Positions 22,877-31,487 of a stretch of 64,000 bases of DNA are shown piece by piece. The number at the start of each line of letters is the position of its first letter. Position 1 is the stretch's first letter. The position numbers and the translations under genes are program-made. The DNA is from Alphaproteobacteria bacterium (GTDB lineage Bacteria > Pseudomonadota > Alphaproteobacteria > UBA2966), in the NCBI GenBank assembly GCA_964291395.2, contig OZ219858.1:1248001-1312000 (forward strand), given 5' to 3'. Below the pieces are notes generated by a model. It saw only the letters and a list, made by a program, of their open reading frames with translations, was not told where the DNA came from and did no database searches.

Positions 22877-23716
22877 ATAATTTCGCGCCGTCACTTTCTC
22901 GCGACCTCGGCCGCCTCGGTGCTGCTGCCCTCGGCGGCCCGCGCTGTCGGCGCGCCGATGCCGATCTTCGACGCCCATATCCATTTCAGCCACGACGCCG
23001 CCGAGCGGTTTTCCGCCGGCGAAGCTGTTGCCATTTTGGAGGAGGCGGGGCTGAAGCGGGCGCTGGTGTCGAGCTCGGGCGACGCTGGCACCCGCGCGCT
23101 CCACGCCGCGGCGCCTGACCTTGTCCTGCCCAGCCTGCGCCCCTATCGCCGGCGCGGCGAAATCCACAGCTGGGTCGACGATTCATCGGTGATCGACTTC
23201 CTCGAGGATCGTCTGAAGCGCTTCAAGTGGGTCGCGGTCGGCGAATTCCACCTCTTCGCCTCGCAAACCGATAAGGCCGTGCCGCGGCGCATGATCGAAC
23301 TGGCGCAGCAGCACAATCTTCTCCTGCACGCCCATTCGGACGCCGGTGCCGTCGACAGGATCTTTGCCCAATGGCCGGAAGCGCGGGTGCTGTGGGCCCA
23401 TGCAGGCTTCGTCGATCCGGATATCGTCGGCCCGATGCTCGGAAAGCACGCGAACCTGTGGACCGACCTGGCCTTCCGCAGCGAACACGCCTATGGCGGC
23501 CGGGTCGACGACGACTGGCGCAGCCTGTTCGCCGACTTCCCGGACCGCGTCATGGTCGGCACCGACACCTTCACGCCGGAGCGCTGGCACTATGTCGTCG
23601 AGCACGCCGACTGGACCAGGCAATGGCTGACCGACCTGCCGCCCGACCTCGCCGAAAAAATCGCCTGGCGCAACGGCGAGGCGATGATCCGGCCGCACCT
23701 GGCGCAATTGCGCTAG
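22877..23716 (+). CDS. Tat-exported TIM-barrel amidohydrolase (Amidohydro_2-like); apparent ATA start (ORF track starts at 22919)
   Basis: AAGGAG at 22864-22869 then ATA ATT TCG CGC CGT CAC TTT CTC (SRRHFL Tat motif), ARA cleavage; DAHIH, GEFH, HAHSD, WAHAG, GTDT metal motifs. Confidence 0.8.
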   Translation: MISRRHFLATSAASVLLPSAARAVGAPMPIFDAHIHFSHDAAERFSAGEAVAILEEAGLKRALVSSSGDAGTRALHAAAPDLVLPSLRPYRRRGEIHSWVDDSSVIDFLEDRLKRFKWVAVGEFHLFASQTDKAVPRRMIELAQQHNLLLHAHSDAGAVDRIFAQWPEARVLWAHAGFVDPDIVGPMLGKHANLWTDLAFRSEHAYGGRVDDDWRSLFADFPDRVMVGTDTFTPERWHYVVEHADWTRQWLTDLPPDLAEKIAWRNGEAMIRPHLAQLR

Positions 23717-23723
23717 CGGCACG

Positions 23724-24134
23724 ATGGCCCGGTGGTGCCTCGGCGGACCAGCGCTGGCGGTCGTGCTTGCGCTCGTCCTCGCGACCGGCCAGGCGGCGGC
23801 CTGCGCCCGTCCGCAGGGCTGGACCGGCGGCGCGAGAATTGTCGGCGAGCTATGGACGGCATGGTGGCGATCGAAACCCGCTGCCATCCCGGTCGGCGCG
23901 CATTTTTCCATCCGTTTCCATCTGTGCGGGCCGCCGGTCGGTCGGGTCGGGGTGCGCGGCTGGATGCCTGACCACCGGCACGGCATGAACTACCGGCCCG
24001 CGGTGACTCTGAGCGGCTTTTCCGGAACGGCCGAAGGCCTGATGTTCCACATGCCGGGGCGCTGGCAGCTGATTCTGGATGTCCGCGGTGCGGCGGGCCG
24101 GGAGAAGCTGACCGCCGAAACGGTGCTGGAGTGA
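23724..24134 (+). CDS. Exported YtkA/FixH-like protein with MPxHxHGM motif
   Basis: Signal peptide; MPDHRHGMNYRP and GLMFHMPGRWQL; tightly coupled to flanking genes. Confidence 0.7.
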   Translation: MARWCLGGPALAVVLALVLATGQAAACARPQGWTGGARIVGELWTAWWRSKPAAIPVGAHFSIRFHLCGPPVGRVGVRGWMPDHRHGMNYRPAVTLSGFSGTAEGLMFHMPGRWQLILDVRGAAGREKLTAETVLE

Positions 24135-25345
24135 CACCCCGGCGTTCCGGCGCGTCCGTCGCCGCCCGGCTGTCGCGATTTATAATTGTAATCTTTGTAC
24201 TTTCAGGCATCGCGGTGTCGGCGCCAGCGCTCGACTTCACTGCCGAGGAAGAACGTCGGATCCTGCGCCATGGGCCGTGGCCGCCGGCCTCGCGGCCCGA
24301 TCCGAGCAACCGGGTTTCCGGCAAACCGGCCGCCATCGCCTTCGGTCGGGCGCTGTTCTTCGATCCGCGCCTGTCGTTCTCCGGTGCGGTCTCCTGCGCA
24401 ACTTGCCACCCACCGGGCCGGGCTTGGACCGACGGCCTGCCGCGTAGTCGCGGGCACCGGACCGTCGACCGCAACGCGCCCAGCCTGTTCAACCTGCGCT
24501 TCAACCGCTGGTTCGGCTGGGACGGCGCGCAGGACACGCTGTGGGCGCAAAACCTGCGGCCCCTGCTCGATGGCCGTGAAATGGGCGTCGGCCCCAGCGG
24601 CGCGGCGCGGCTGGTCCGCTCCGACCGGCAGCTTTCCTGCAGCTACCGGCGCGCTTTCGGCGTAGCGCCTGGCGCAGATGACGCATGGATTTTCGTCGAT
24701 CTCGGCAAGGCGCTGGCGGCGTTCTTGGAAACCCAGGTCACCGGCCGCACGCCGTTCGACGATTTCCGCGACGCCCTGGCGCGCAACGATGCGGCCGGCC
24801 AGGCTCGCTATCCTGCCGCCGCCGTGCGCGGCCTACGCCTGTTCGTGGGCCGGGGCAACTGCGCCTTCTGCCATTTCGGCCCGACCTTTACCAACGGCGA
24901 GTTCGCCGATGCCGGCGTGCCGCATTTCGTCGAACCCGGCCGGGTCGATCCCGGCCGGCACGGCGGCATCCGTAAATTGCGCCGGAGCCCGTTCACCTTG
25001 CTGGGCCGCTTCAACGACGATGCTCAACGCTCCACCGCCGCCAAGACACGCTATGTCCGTCTGCGCCAAAGTAACTTCGGCGAGTTCCGGGTGCCGGGCC
25101 TGCGCAACGTAGCGCTCACCGCGCCCTACATGCATGCCGGCAGCCTCGAGACGCTCGCCGACGTCGCCCGCCACTATTCGACGATCGACGAGGAACGGCT
25201 GCACGCCGGAGGTGAACGGATTTTGCGCCGTCTGGACCTGAGCGCGCGCGAACAGGTCGACCTCGTAGCCTTTCTCGAAACGCTGACGGAAAAAACACCG
25301 CTTCACGAATTCGTAGAGAAAACCGGAAACGCCTTGTGTCGATAG
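24131..25345 (+). CDS. Di-heme cytochrome c peroxidase superfamily protein (MauG/MbnH-like)
   Basis: GRALFFDPRLS, SCATCH, RNAPSL, FGWDG, NCAFCH, FRVPGLRNV, TAPYMHAGS, VARHY; N-terminal signal/TM. Confidence 0.9.
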   Translation: MTPRRSGASVAARLSRFIIVIFVLSGIAVSAPALDFTAEEERRILRHGPWPPASRPDPSNRVSGKPAAIAFGRALFFDPRLSFSGAVSCATCHPPGRAWTDGLPRSRGHRTVDRNAPSLFNLRFNRWFGWDGAQDTLWAQNLRPLLDGREMGVGPSGAARLVRSDRQLSCSYRRAFGVAPGADDAWIFVDLGKALAAFLETQVTGRTPFDDFRDALARNDAAGQARYPAAAVRGLRLFVGRGNCAFCHFGPTFTNGEFADAGVPHFVEPGRVDPGRHGGIRKLRRSPFTLLGRFNDDAQRSTAAKTRYVRLRQSNFGEFRVPGLRNVALTAPYMHAGSLETLADVARHYSTIDEERLHAGGERILRRLDLSAREQVDLVAFLETLTEKTPLHEFVEKTGNALCR

Positions 25346-25387
25346 GTTCCAGTTGCCGCCTATGGCAGTCCAAATTCTTCAGGATCT

Positions 25388-25403
25388 ACCACGCGGGGTG
25401 AAC
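25388..25403 (+). repeat. Partial copy of the CRISPR-like repeat at 26746
   Basis: ACCACGCGGGG-TGAAC versus ACCACGCGGGGATGAAC at 26755-26771. Confidence 0.4.
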
Positions 25404-25519
25404 AATCCCTGGGTGTTTCCGGACCGTATCGTGAATACGCTGACCCGTTCTGAAAGTTGGTCGCCGTTTGCACGCTTGCGTGGAACAGGGACGTTCATGC
25501 CGGCCGAAAGATATTGACC

Positions 25520-25990
25520 TCAATCCCCCGCGAACGCGATCAATCGCCCACAGACGAGTGCTCCCAGCCAGCAAACCGTTGAGAGGATAGCATGACCGGC
25601 TAGGCGGGCGCGCGGGGCGTCCTTGAGCAGGAACCCGTAGACCCGGCACAGAGCGAGCGTAGACAGTACCCCGACAGCGATGAAGGTTAGCTTGAGCTGC
25701 AGAAATCCGACACCACTGTATTCCCGCGCCCGGATCGAGAACAGCAGCGGTCCCGTGAGCAGGGCAAGGGTCAGCCCGCTCGCTGCAACGGGCGTGAGCA
25801 CCCGCACCACCGCTTCGCGAGAGATACCATGCCACACGCCAAGAAGCCGCAGATTGAGCGGGACGACGGACCCGATCAGCAGGGCGATCGCGAAGATGTG
25901 CGCGGTGTTGACCGCGGCATAGACCCAGCGGGAACCCCGCAGAGCCTGCGCCAGGGCCGTCCCCTCGAGCGCCGCGAACAGGGCCTCCAA
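25520..25990 (-). CDS. DUF2214/DUF6644-like four-TM membrane protein
   Basis: WVYAAVNTAHIFAIALLIGS, LRLLG, LALLTGPLLF, FLQLKL, GRLIAF; TTG start just after DUF6152 stop. Confidence 0.75.
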   Translation of the reverse strand: MEALFAALEGTALAQALRGSRWVYAAVNTAHIFAIALLIGSVVPLNLRLLGVWHGISREAVVRVLTPVAASGLTLALLTGPLLFSIRAREYSGVGFLQLKLTFIAVGVLSTLALCRVYGFLLKDAPRARLAGHAILSTVCWLGALVCGRLIAFAGD

Positions 25991-25994
25991 GGTC

Positions 25995-26363
25995 TCAGTC
26001 GCGCCCGGGGTAAAGGACGTACTCGCGTTTGCCCAGGAATAGCCGTTCCACCTTGATCCGTTTTTCCGACACATCGTCGGCCGGTTCACCGATCAACCGG
26101 ATTTCGACCCCTTCGGCCAGATCGCCGTCCTTGAGGCCGGCGCGTTCGTTGCGCCAGGGTTGACCGACCTCGGCCGTCCATTCGTCGCCTTCCACGTCGA
26201 TCTTCAGAATGCCGTGGGGATTGCCCAGGCGGACGGTCATGATAATGCCGGTCAGATCGATATTGCCGCCGGTCGTCCACGACCAGCCGTGATGGGCCAG
26301 AGTCCCGACCGTCGGAGCCGTGAGTCCCAGGGCCAGGACCGTGATGAACAAGAGCCTCATCAT
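25995..26363 (-). CDS. DUF6152-like exported protein with N-terminal His-His after the signal peptide
   Basis: Signal peptide then LA|HHGWS, NPHG, W..E; GGAGGAG RBS. Confidence 0.75.
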   Translation of the reverse strand: MMRLLFITVLALGLTAPTVGTLAHHGWSWTTGGNIDLTGIIMTVRLGNPHGILKIDVEGDEWTAEVGQPWRNERAGLKDGDLAEGVEIRLIGEPADDVSEKRIKVERLFLGKREYVLYPGRD

Positions 26364-26480
26364 AGTGCTCCTCCGATGCCGCAAGCGTTGCTGGGAAGGT
26401 TGCGTCACGCGATCGGACATTCAAGCCGACACTTCCCAGACAACCGTCAAGTCCGTGGCGATTATACTCTTGGAGAATAG

Positions 26481-26719
26481 ATGACCGAACTGTTAAGCAA
26501 GGCACGTGCCTGGGTGAGTAGCTGAAGGGGTTTCCTGCAAGTAAGGATCGCCGGCAGCTCGATGCCGGTCGTGATCATGTCCTGCGCTGCCTGGAAGAAC
26601 ACGAGGCCAAGGTTAAGGCGTTGCAAAATGCGCTGATCGCCGGAGAGCGGTCGGGAGAGCCTCGCCGGTTCGACGACGAGGCTTTCGAGAAGGGCATGAG
26701 GGACAAGCATGTTCGGTGA
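26481..26719 (+). pseudogene. ParD-like (CC2985-type) antitoxin pseudogene
   Basis: Frame reads LGE*LKGF...LRCLEEHEAKVKALQNALIAGERSGEPRRFDDEAF..., stop at 26717; in-frame TAG at 26519; no parE downstream. Confidence 0.7.
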
Positions 26720-26745
26720 CCAGCGGGCGTGGCGGTGTGGGATAT

Positions 26746-26774
26746 GTGTTCCCGACCACGCGGGGATGAACCCG
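26746..26774 (+). repeat. Orphan degenerate type I-E CRISPR-repeat-like sequence (no array)
   Basis: GTGTTCCCGACCACGCGGGGATGAACCCG, 29 nt, close to I-E repeats such as GTGTTCCCCGCGCCAGCGGGGATAAACCG. Confidence 0.55.
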
Positions 26775-26793
26775 TCAATTCCTTTCGGCAGAG

Positions 26794-28155
26794 TCAGCCG
26801 AAGAGAGGGACACTCCCTGAAAACGGCGGAAATACCAGTGGCCGGTCCGGAGCGAATCTGGCGTCAAGCGCCAGGCCGGAGCCTTTTCGACGATATTCGA
26901 GGTGCGGAACGTCGACGAGCCCGGCGTGATCCCAGAGTGCCGGCAACGCCGCGCGCGCCGCAGTGGGAATCTCCGAATCACGGGCTCGCAGGCGCGTTTC
27001 AGGATCCTCCATCACAATTCGCCATCCCTCGACACCCAATCGACGCACCTCACAGGTCCTTTCGGGGTCGGAAAGCGCGCGGCCATCTACCCGAACGTCA
27101 AAGCGCGCGTCCCAGCGACGGCTCTGGCCCGGGCGAAGGGTCACTGAGTGTCCCGCCCCACGGGCCTCGCGGCAGATCAACAGCCGCCCCGTGTGACCGA
27201 TGATCCGACAGCCCGCCAGGGTACGGCCTTTCGGTGCCTTGCCGCTCGCGACTTCCGTGTAAGCCCGCTCCAGGCGGTCATATCTGGGCGGCGCCGAACG
27301 GGCCCCCACGGCGGATACGACACGCGACAGCACGCGCAGCCCGACCTCATCCGGTGCCGCGAACAGAGCGTCCTGGTCAAGCCAGCAGAATCCCGCTTCG
27401 TGAGATTGCACGCAATTCCGAACCAGCTCCGATGCATAGTGCTCGAGAGCGGCGCGGGCACGTCCCAGGCGACGAGCCGACACGGCGATACCCTGTGCCG
27501 TAACGCCGGCCGCGTTCAACGCCGGAAGGAGGCCGCGAATCCGCGACCGAGCGAACTTAGAGTCCCTGTTGGAGGGGTCCTCGATCCAAGGATGTCCGAG
27601 GTCCTTCACGGTAGCGACCAGGCGCGCCTTTGGCATGTCGAGCAGAGGGCGAACCAGACGAATGCCGGTTCGACGCGACACCGCCGCCATGGCCGCGAGA
27701 CCGTCCAAGCCGCTCTTGCACCCAAGTCTCAGGAGGAACGTTTCCGCCTGGTCATCGCGATGGTGGGCGAGCAGAAGATCGCGCAGCCCATGGTCCCGGC
27801 ACCATGACGACAGGAGCTCATAGCGTGCCTCGCGGGCCGCTTCCTGAATTCCATGAATGGGCTTGCGCCCCGTCCATTCCAGGATGTGCGCTTCGATCCC
27901 ACCGCGCGCCAACCACGCGACGACGCGATGGCATTCCCCGGCCGACGCCGGACGAAGGCCGTGGTCGACAACCAGGGCGCGGCATGTACCGCCGCGGGCC
28001 GCGGCCCAACGATGAGTCAGGAGGCATAGCGCAATGCTGTCCACGCCGCCGGAGGTTGCCACCGCCACCCGGGGGGGCGAGGCGAACGGTCCCACCGAGT
28101 GCACCAGTCCCTCGAACTCGGGTGCACCGATGGGCTCGTCGTCAGCACACTTCAT
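26794..28155 (-). CDS. tilS: tRNA(Ile)-lysidine synthase
   Basis: SGGVDS, VDHGLR, AREARY, AHHRDDQAET, RPLL, EDPSN. Confidence 0.95.
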   Translation of the reverse strand: MKCADDEPIGAPEFEGLVHSVGPFASPPRVAVATSGGVDSIALCLLTHRWAAARGGTCRALVVDHGLRPASAGECHRVVAWLARGGIEAHILEWTGRKPIHGIQEAAREARYELLSSWCRDHGLRDLLLAHHRDDQAETFLLRLGCKSGLDGLAAMAAVSRRTGIRLVRPLLDMPKARLVATVKDLGHPWIEDPSNRDSKFARSRIRGLLPALNAAGVTAQGIAVSARRLGRARAALEHYASELVRNCVQSHEAGFCWLDQDALFAAPDEVGLRVLSRVVSAVGARSAPPRYDRLERAYTEVASGKAPKGRTLAGCRIIGHTGRLLICREARGAGHSVTLRPGQSRRWDARFDVRVDGRALSDPERTCEVRRLGVEGWRIVMEDPETRLRARDSEIPTAARAALPALWDHAGLVDVPHLEYRRKGSGLALDARFAPDRPLVFPPFSGSVPLFG

Positions 28156-28170
28156 GGCGATCAAGGCGCC

Positions 28171-29211
28171 TTACTCGCACCCGGCCTTTTGCCATTCCTT
28201 TTGGTTGCGCACCTTGATCCTGTCAGCCGAATCCGGGAATTTCTCGTTGAGTTCCTGGAACGCCGCGCAAGCTTCATCACCCCGACCGAGGCGGGACAGA
28301 GACATGCCAAGCTTGAGCAGATTGTCCGGGGCCTTGATGCCCGTGGGAGAGGTCTGGTAGCCCTCCACGAAGACCGCGGCGGCTTGATTGTAGTCCTCGC
28401 GGACGTAATGGGATTCTGCAAGCCAGTATCTGGCGTTGTCGGCGAGCTCGTGATCGGCATGGGCTGTCAGGAATTCCTCGAATGCCCGTTCCGCCTTGAC
28501 GAGATCCTGGGAACGGAGCAGCCGCAGCAGGCTCAGCGCAAAGTCGTAACGCTCTTCCGGAGTCCCTTCCGGCAGCAGCGATTTGAGCCGTGCCGGGGTC
28601 GGGGATGCGGTTTCCACGGCGCTCCCTGGGGGAGGCAGCCGGTCAACGGGAATCGTTCCCAGCACGCCCGGCTGGCCTGACGGACCAGGAACCTGGGGCG
28701 CCATGCCTGAGCCGCCCGCCTCAGGTGCCGGCGTGTCGGTCCGGGATTGTGCCGGGGCTACGTCCTGGGTCACCATGGCCGTCACCTCGGCGAGGGTGCG
28801 CTCGATGGCGGACAGTCGGAAATCAACGTCCTCGACCAGCTTGTCGAGTCGCCGGCCGGCCGTATCGACCTTGTGCCTGATCTTTTCGATCTCGCCGGTG
28901 AGGCCGCGAAGCTCGCCCTCAAGGGCGGTCACGCGTACCAGCGCGCCGGCGGCTCGCCGTTCATCGATCCCCACCCCTGTTTGCGCCCGATCCTGCTGGG
29001 GTGAAATCGGACCAGGCGCTGCCGGAGCCTCACCCCGGTACACCTGACGTTGAAGATCCACGATATCCTGGCGCAGGCGTTCGACTGTCTCACGCAACGA
29101 TCTCGCTTCACTGCTTTGAGCCGATACCGGTTCAGACAGCACGAGGCCGGCCAGCACCAAGAGGATCAGGCGCACCGCCGCGAGAGTTGGTTTTGAACCG
29201 GGTTGCATCAT
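28171..29211 (-). CDS. cpoB: Tol-Pal system TPR protein CpoB/YbgF
   Basis: Signal peptide, coiled coil, TPR NARYWLAES, KAPDNLLKLG, EAC; synteny. Confidence 0.9.
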   Translation of the reverse strand: MMQPGSKPTLAAVRLILLVLAGLVLSEPVSAQSSEARSLRETVERLRQDIVDLQRQVYRGEAPAAPGPISPQQDRAQTGVGIDERRAAGALVRVTALEGELRGLTGEIEKIRHKVDTAGRRLDKLVEDVDFRLSAIERTLAEVTAMVTQDVAPAQSRTDTPAPEAGGSGMAPQVPGPSGQPGVLGTIPVDRLPPPGSAVETASPTPARLKSLLPEGTPEERYDFALSLLRLLRSQDLVKAERAFEEFLTAHADHELADNARYWLAESHYVREDYNQAAAVFVEGYQTSPTGIKAPDNLLKLGMSLSRLGRGDEACAAFQELNEKFPDSADRIKVRNQKEWQKAGCE

Positions 29212-29347
29212 AGGGGACTTGGGTTTTCGGAGGCGGCTTGCATCGATCTCGACCGCGCCATGCTGCGCTCAATTTCATGACAGCGCACGATTTTGTCCAA
29301 ATTAAGTCAATCGGGCTGCGCCGATCAAATCGATCACGTCAAACGAC

Positions 29348-29383
29348 GAAGCCGCCCGGCGGTCAGCGACCGCGGGCGGCTTC
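29348..29383 (-). terminator. Hairpin terminator after pal
   Basis: GAAGCCGCCC(G)GCGGTC-AGC-GACCGC-GGGCGGCTTC. Confidence 0.65.
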
Positions 29384-29409
29384 GGACGCGCGATATCGCG
29401 AACTGGAAA

Positions 29410-29952
29410 CTAATTGATCGTGGTGACCCCGCGCCGGTTCTGCGCCCACGCAGCCTCGTTGGATCCTACGACCTCCGGTCGCTCCTTGCCGTAACTGATG
29501 ACATCGACTCTCGAGTCCGAAACTCCGAGCGCGACGAGATAATCGCGAACGGCCGCCGCGCGCCGTTGACCGAGCGCCAAATTGTATTCCCGCGTCCCGC
29601 GCTCATCACAATGCCCTTCGATCGTCACCGTCACGCTCGGATATTGCTTCAGCCAGGCGGCTTGGCGATCGAGGGTGTCTCGGGCCTCGAGTTTCAAGTC
29701 GAACTTGTCGAAATCGAAGAAAACGCGATCACCGACGTTAGCCACGAGATCGGCGTGAGAACCGGGCTCGGGTCCCACCTGTTCCTCGACTTGCTGAGGT
29801 TTGCTTTCGACCTTGGCGGTTTGAGTGGGCTGAGGGGTGGATGACGTTACCGCGCCACCCGTACCGGACGCCTCACCACTTTCTTCCGGCGCGGTCGCGC
29901 AAGCGGCAACGAACAAGAGCGCAGCAATTGCCGTAAATGCCTTAAGACGCAT
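29410..29952 (-). CDS. pal: Peptidoglycan-associated lipoprotein
   Basis: Lipobox VAAC, VFFDFD, EGHCDERGTREYNLALG, SYGKERP, QNRR. Confidence 0.97.
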   Translation of the reverse strand: MRLKAFTAIAALLFVAACATAPEESGEASGTGGAVTSSTPQPTQTAKVESKPQQVEEQVGPEPGSHADLVANVGDRVFFDFDKFDLKLEARDTLDRQAAWLKQYPSVTVTIEGHCDERGTREYNLALGQRRAAAVRDYLVALGVSDSRVDVISYGKERPEVVGSNEAAWAQNRRGVTTIN

Positions 29953-30123
29953 CGAAAACTCCTTCACGATGACTCCGACGCGCGGAGACCGTAGTAGACA
30001 ACAGAAGAGCACGGCATCCACACAGCAAATACGGCAGCCGCGCTTGGCCCCTCTTGAAGGGCCCGGTATTCTGTAAATCCCTGGGATTCTTACGATTCCA
30101 GCGGCGAATATAATAGCGCCCTT

Positions 30124-31482
30124 TTACCGAATCAAGGGGGGCGGAGAACTCAGCGGTGACCAAGCCGGATCGGACGCCTGCGTCGGCGTCACGATACGCC
30201 GTTCGTTGTGGCCCGTGAGATCGACCGAATAGAGCGTCGTCTCTCCGCCTGAGCCGTCGTCCCGGGTGGGCCGCTGCCGAAAGAACATCAAGACCCGGCC
30301 GTTCGGAGCCCAAGTGGGCCCTTCGTCAAGGAAGCTCTCCGTCAGCAGACGCTCGCCGCTGCCATCAGGGCGCATCACGCCGATGAAGAAACGACCTTGG
30401 GTGAACTTGGTGAACGCAATGAGATCACCACGGGGCGACCACACCGGCGTCGCGTACCGGCCGCGAGCGAAACTGATGCGGTGAACATTGCTGCCATCCA
30501 CGTTCATCACGTAGAGCTGCTGGCTTCCACCGCGGTCAGAGTTGAACGTGATTCGCGAGCCGTCGGGAGAGTAGGACGGCGACGTGTCAATTGCCGGGTG
30601 CCGCGTCAGCCGCGCTATCCGCCGGGTTCGCAAATCCATCGTGTAGATGTCGGAGTTGTCGCCTCTGATGAAGCTCATGATGACCTTGTTGCCGTCGGGT
30701 GAGAACCGAGGCGCGAAGGTCATACCCGGAAAGTCACCGAGGACTTCCTGCTGTCCGGTATCGATGTTGTAGATGAATACCCGTGGGGTGCCCTGCCGAT
30801 AGGACAGGTACGTGATCTCCTGCGAAGTCGGCGAAAACCGGGGGGTAAGGACGAGGTGGCCGCCGTCCGTCAGAAAGCGGTTGTGGGCGCCGTCTTGATC
30901 CATGATCGCGAGCCGCTTGATCCGTGCGATCTGCGGGCCGGTTTCCGCGACATACACGATCCGCGTGTCGAAGTAACCGGCTTCCCCCGTCAGCCGCTGG
31001 TAAATCGCATCGCTGATCAGGTGCGCGATACGGCGCCAATTCGGAGGGGCGGTGAAGTACGCCAGTCCGGTCATCTGTTGACCGGCGAACACGTCCCACA
31101 GTCGGAATTCGACACGAAGCCTGCCGTCCTCCAGCTCGGTCGTCGTGCCAGTCACCAGCGCCTGCGCGTTGATCGCCCGCCAATCGGGGAAACGGGGCTG
31201 CACCTTCATCGCCGCCGGTGTCTGAATGAACGCCCTGCGGTCGATGGGCCGGAAAAGGCCCGACCGCTCGAGGTTGCGGGCGACGAGATCCGCGATGTCA
31301 CGCGCCGCCCTTTGGCCGCCTTCGTTCTCTGCGTGAAATACGCTTATCGCGATGGGGAGCGGATCGACCACGCCCTGGGTGATGTCGATCCTGAGAACGG
31401 CTGACGCCGGTGCGGCCACGAGCAGGATGGCCGCCGTCAAGAACGGGGCGACCGCGCCTTTGAGGGTTGCCAACACACGCAT
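30124..31482 (-). CDS. tolB: Tol-Pal beta-propeller protein TolB
   Basis: [20 protein letters not shown], repeated PxxSPDG. Confidence 0.96.
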   Translation of the reverse strand: MRVLATLKGAVAPFLTAAILLVAAPASAVLRIDITQGVVDPLPIAISVFHAENEGGQRAARDIADLVARNLERSGLFRPIDRRAFIQTPAAMKVQPRFPDWRAINAQALVTGTTTELEDGRLRVEFRLWDVFAGQQMTGLAYFTAPPNWRRIAHLISDAIYQRLTGEAGYFDTRIVYVAETGPQIARIKRLAIMDQDGAHNRFLTDGGHLVLTPRFSPTSQEITYLSYRQGTPRVFIYNIDTGQQEVLGDFPGMTFAPRFSPDGNKVIMSFIRGDNSDIYTMDLRTRRIARLTRHPAIDTSPSYSPDGSRITFNSDRGGSQQLYVMNVDGSNVHRISFARGRYATPVWSPRGDLIAFTKFTQGRFFIGVMRPDGSGERLLTESFLDEGPTWAPNGRVLMFFRQRPTRDDGSGGETTLYSVDLTGHNERRIVTPTQASDPAWSPLSSPPPLIR

Positions 31483-31487
31483 GGCGA

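Larger units (their letters stand above)
21480..26790. mobile_element. Accessory insertion / decayed genomic islet between ftsH and tilS (boundaries approximate)
   Basis: Separates normally adjacent tilS-ftsH; contains pseudo-tRNA, IS and TA remnants, CRISPR-like repeats and non-core genes; no integrase present. Confidence 0.65.

Noticed and set aside
25388-26774. CRISPR array call
   Set aside because: Only one full and one partial repeat, 1.35 kb apart; no regular spacers or cas genes
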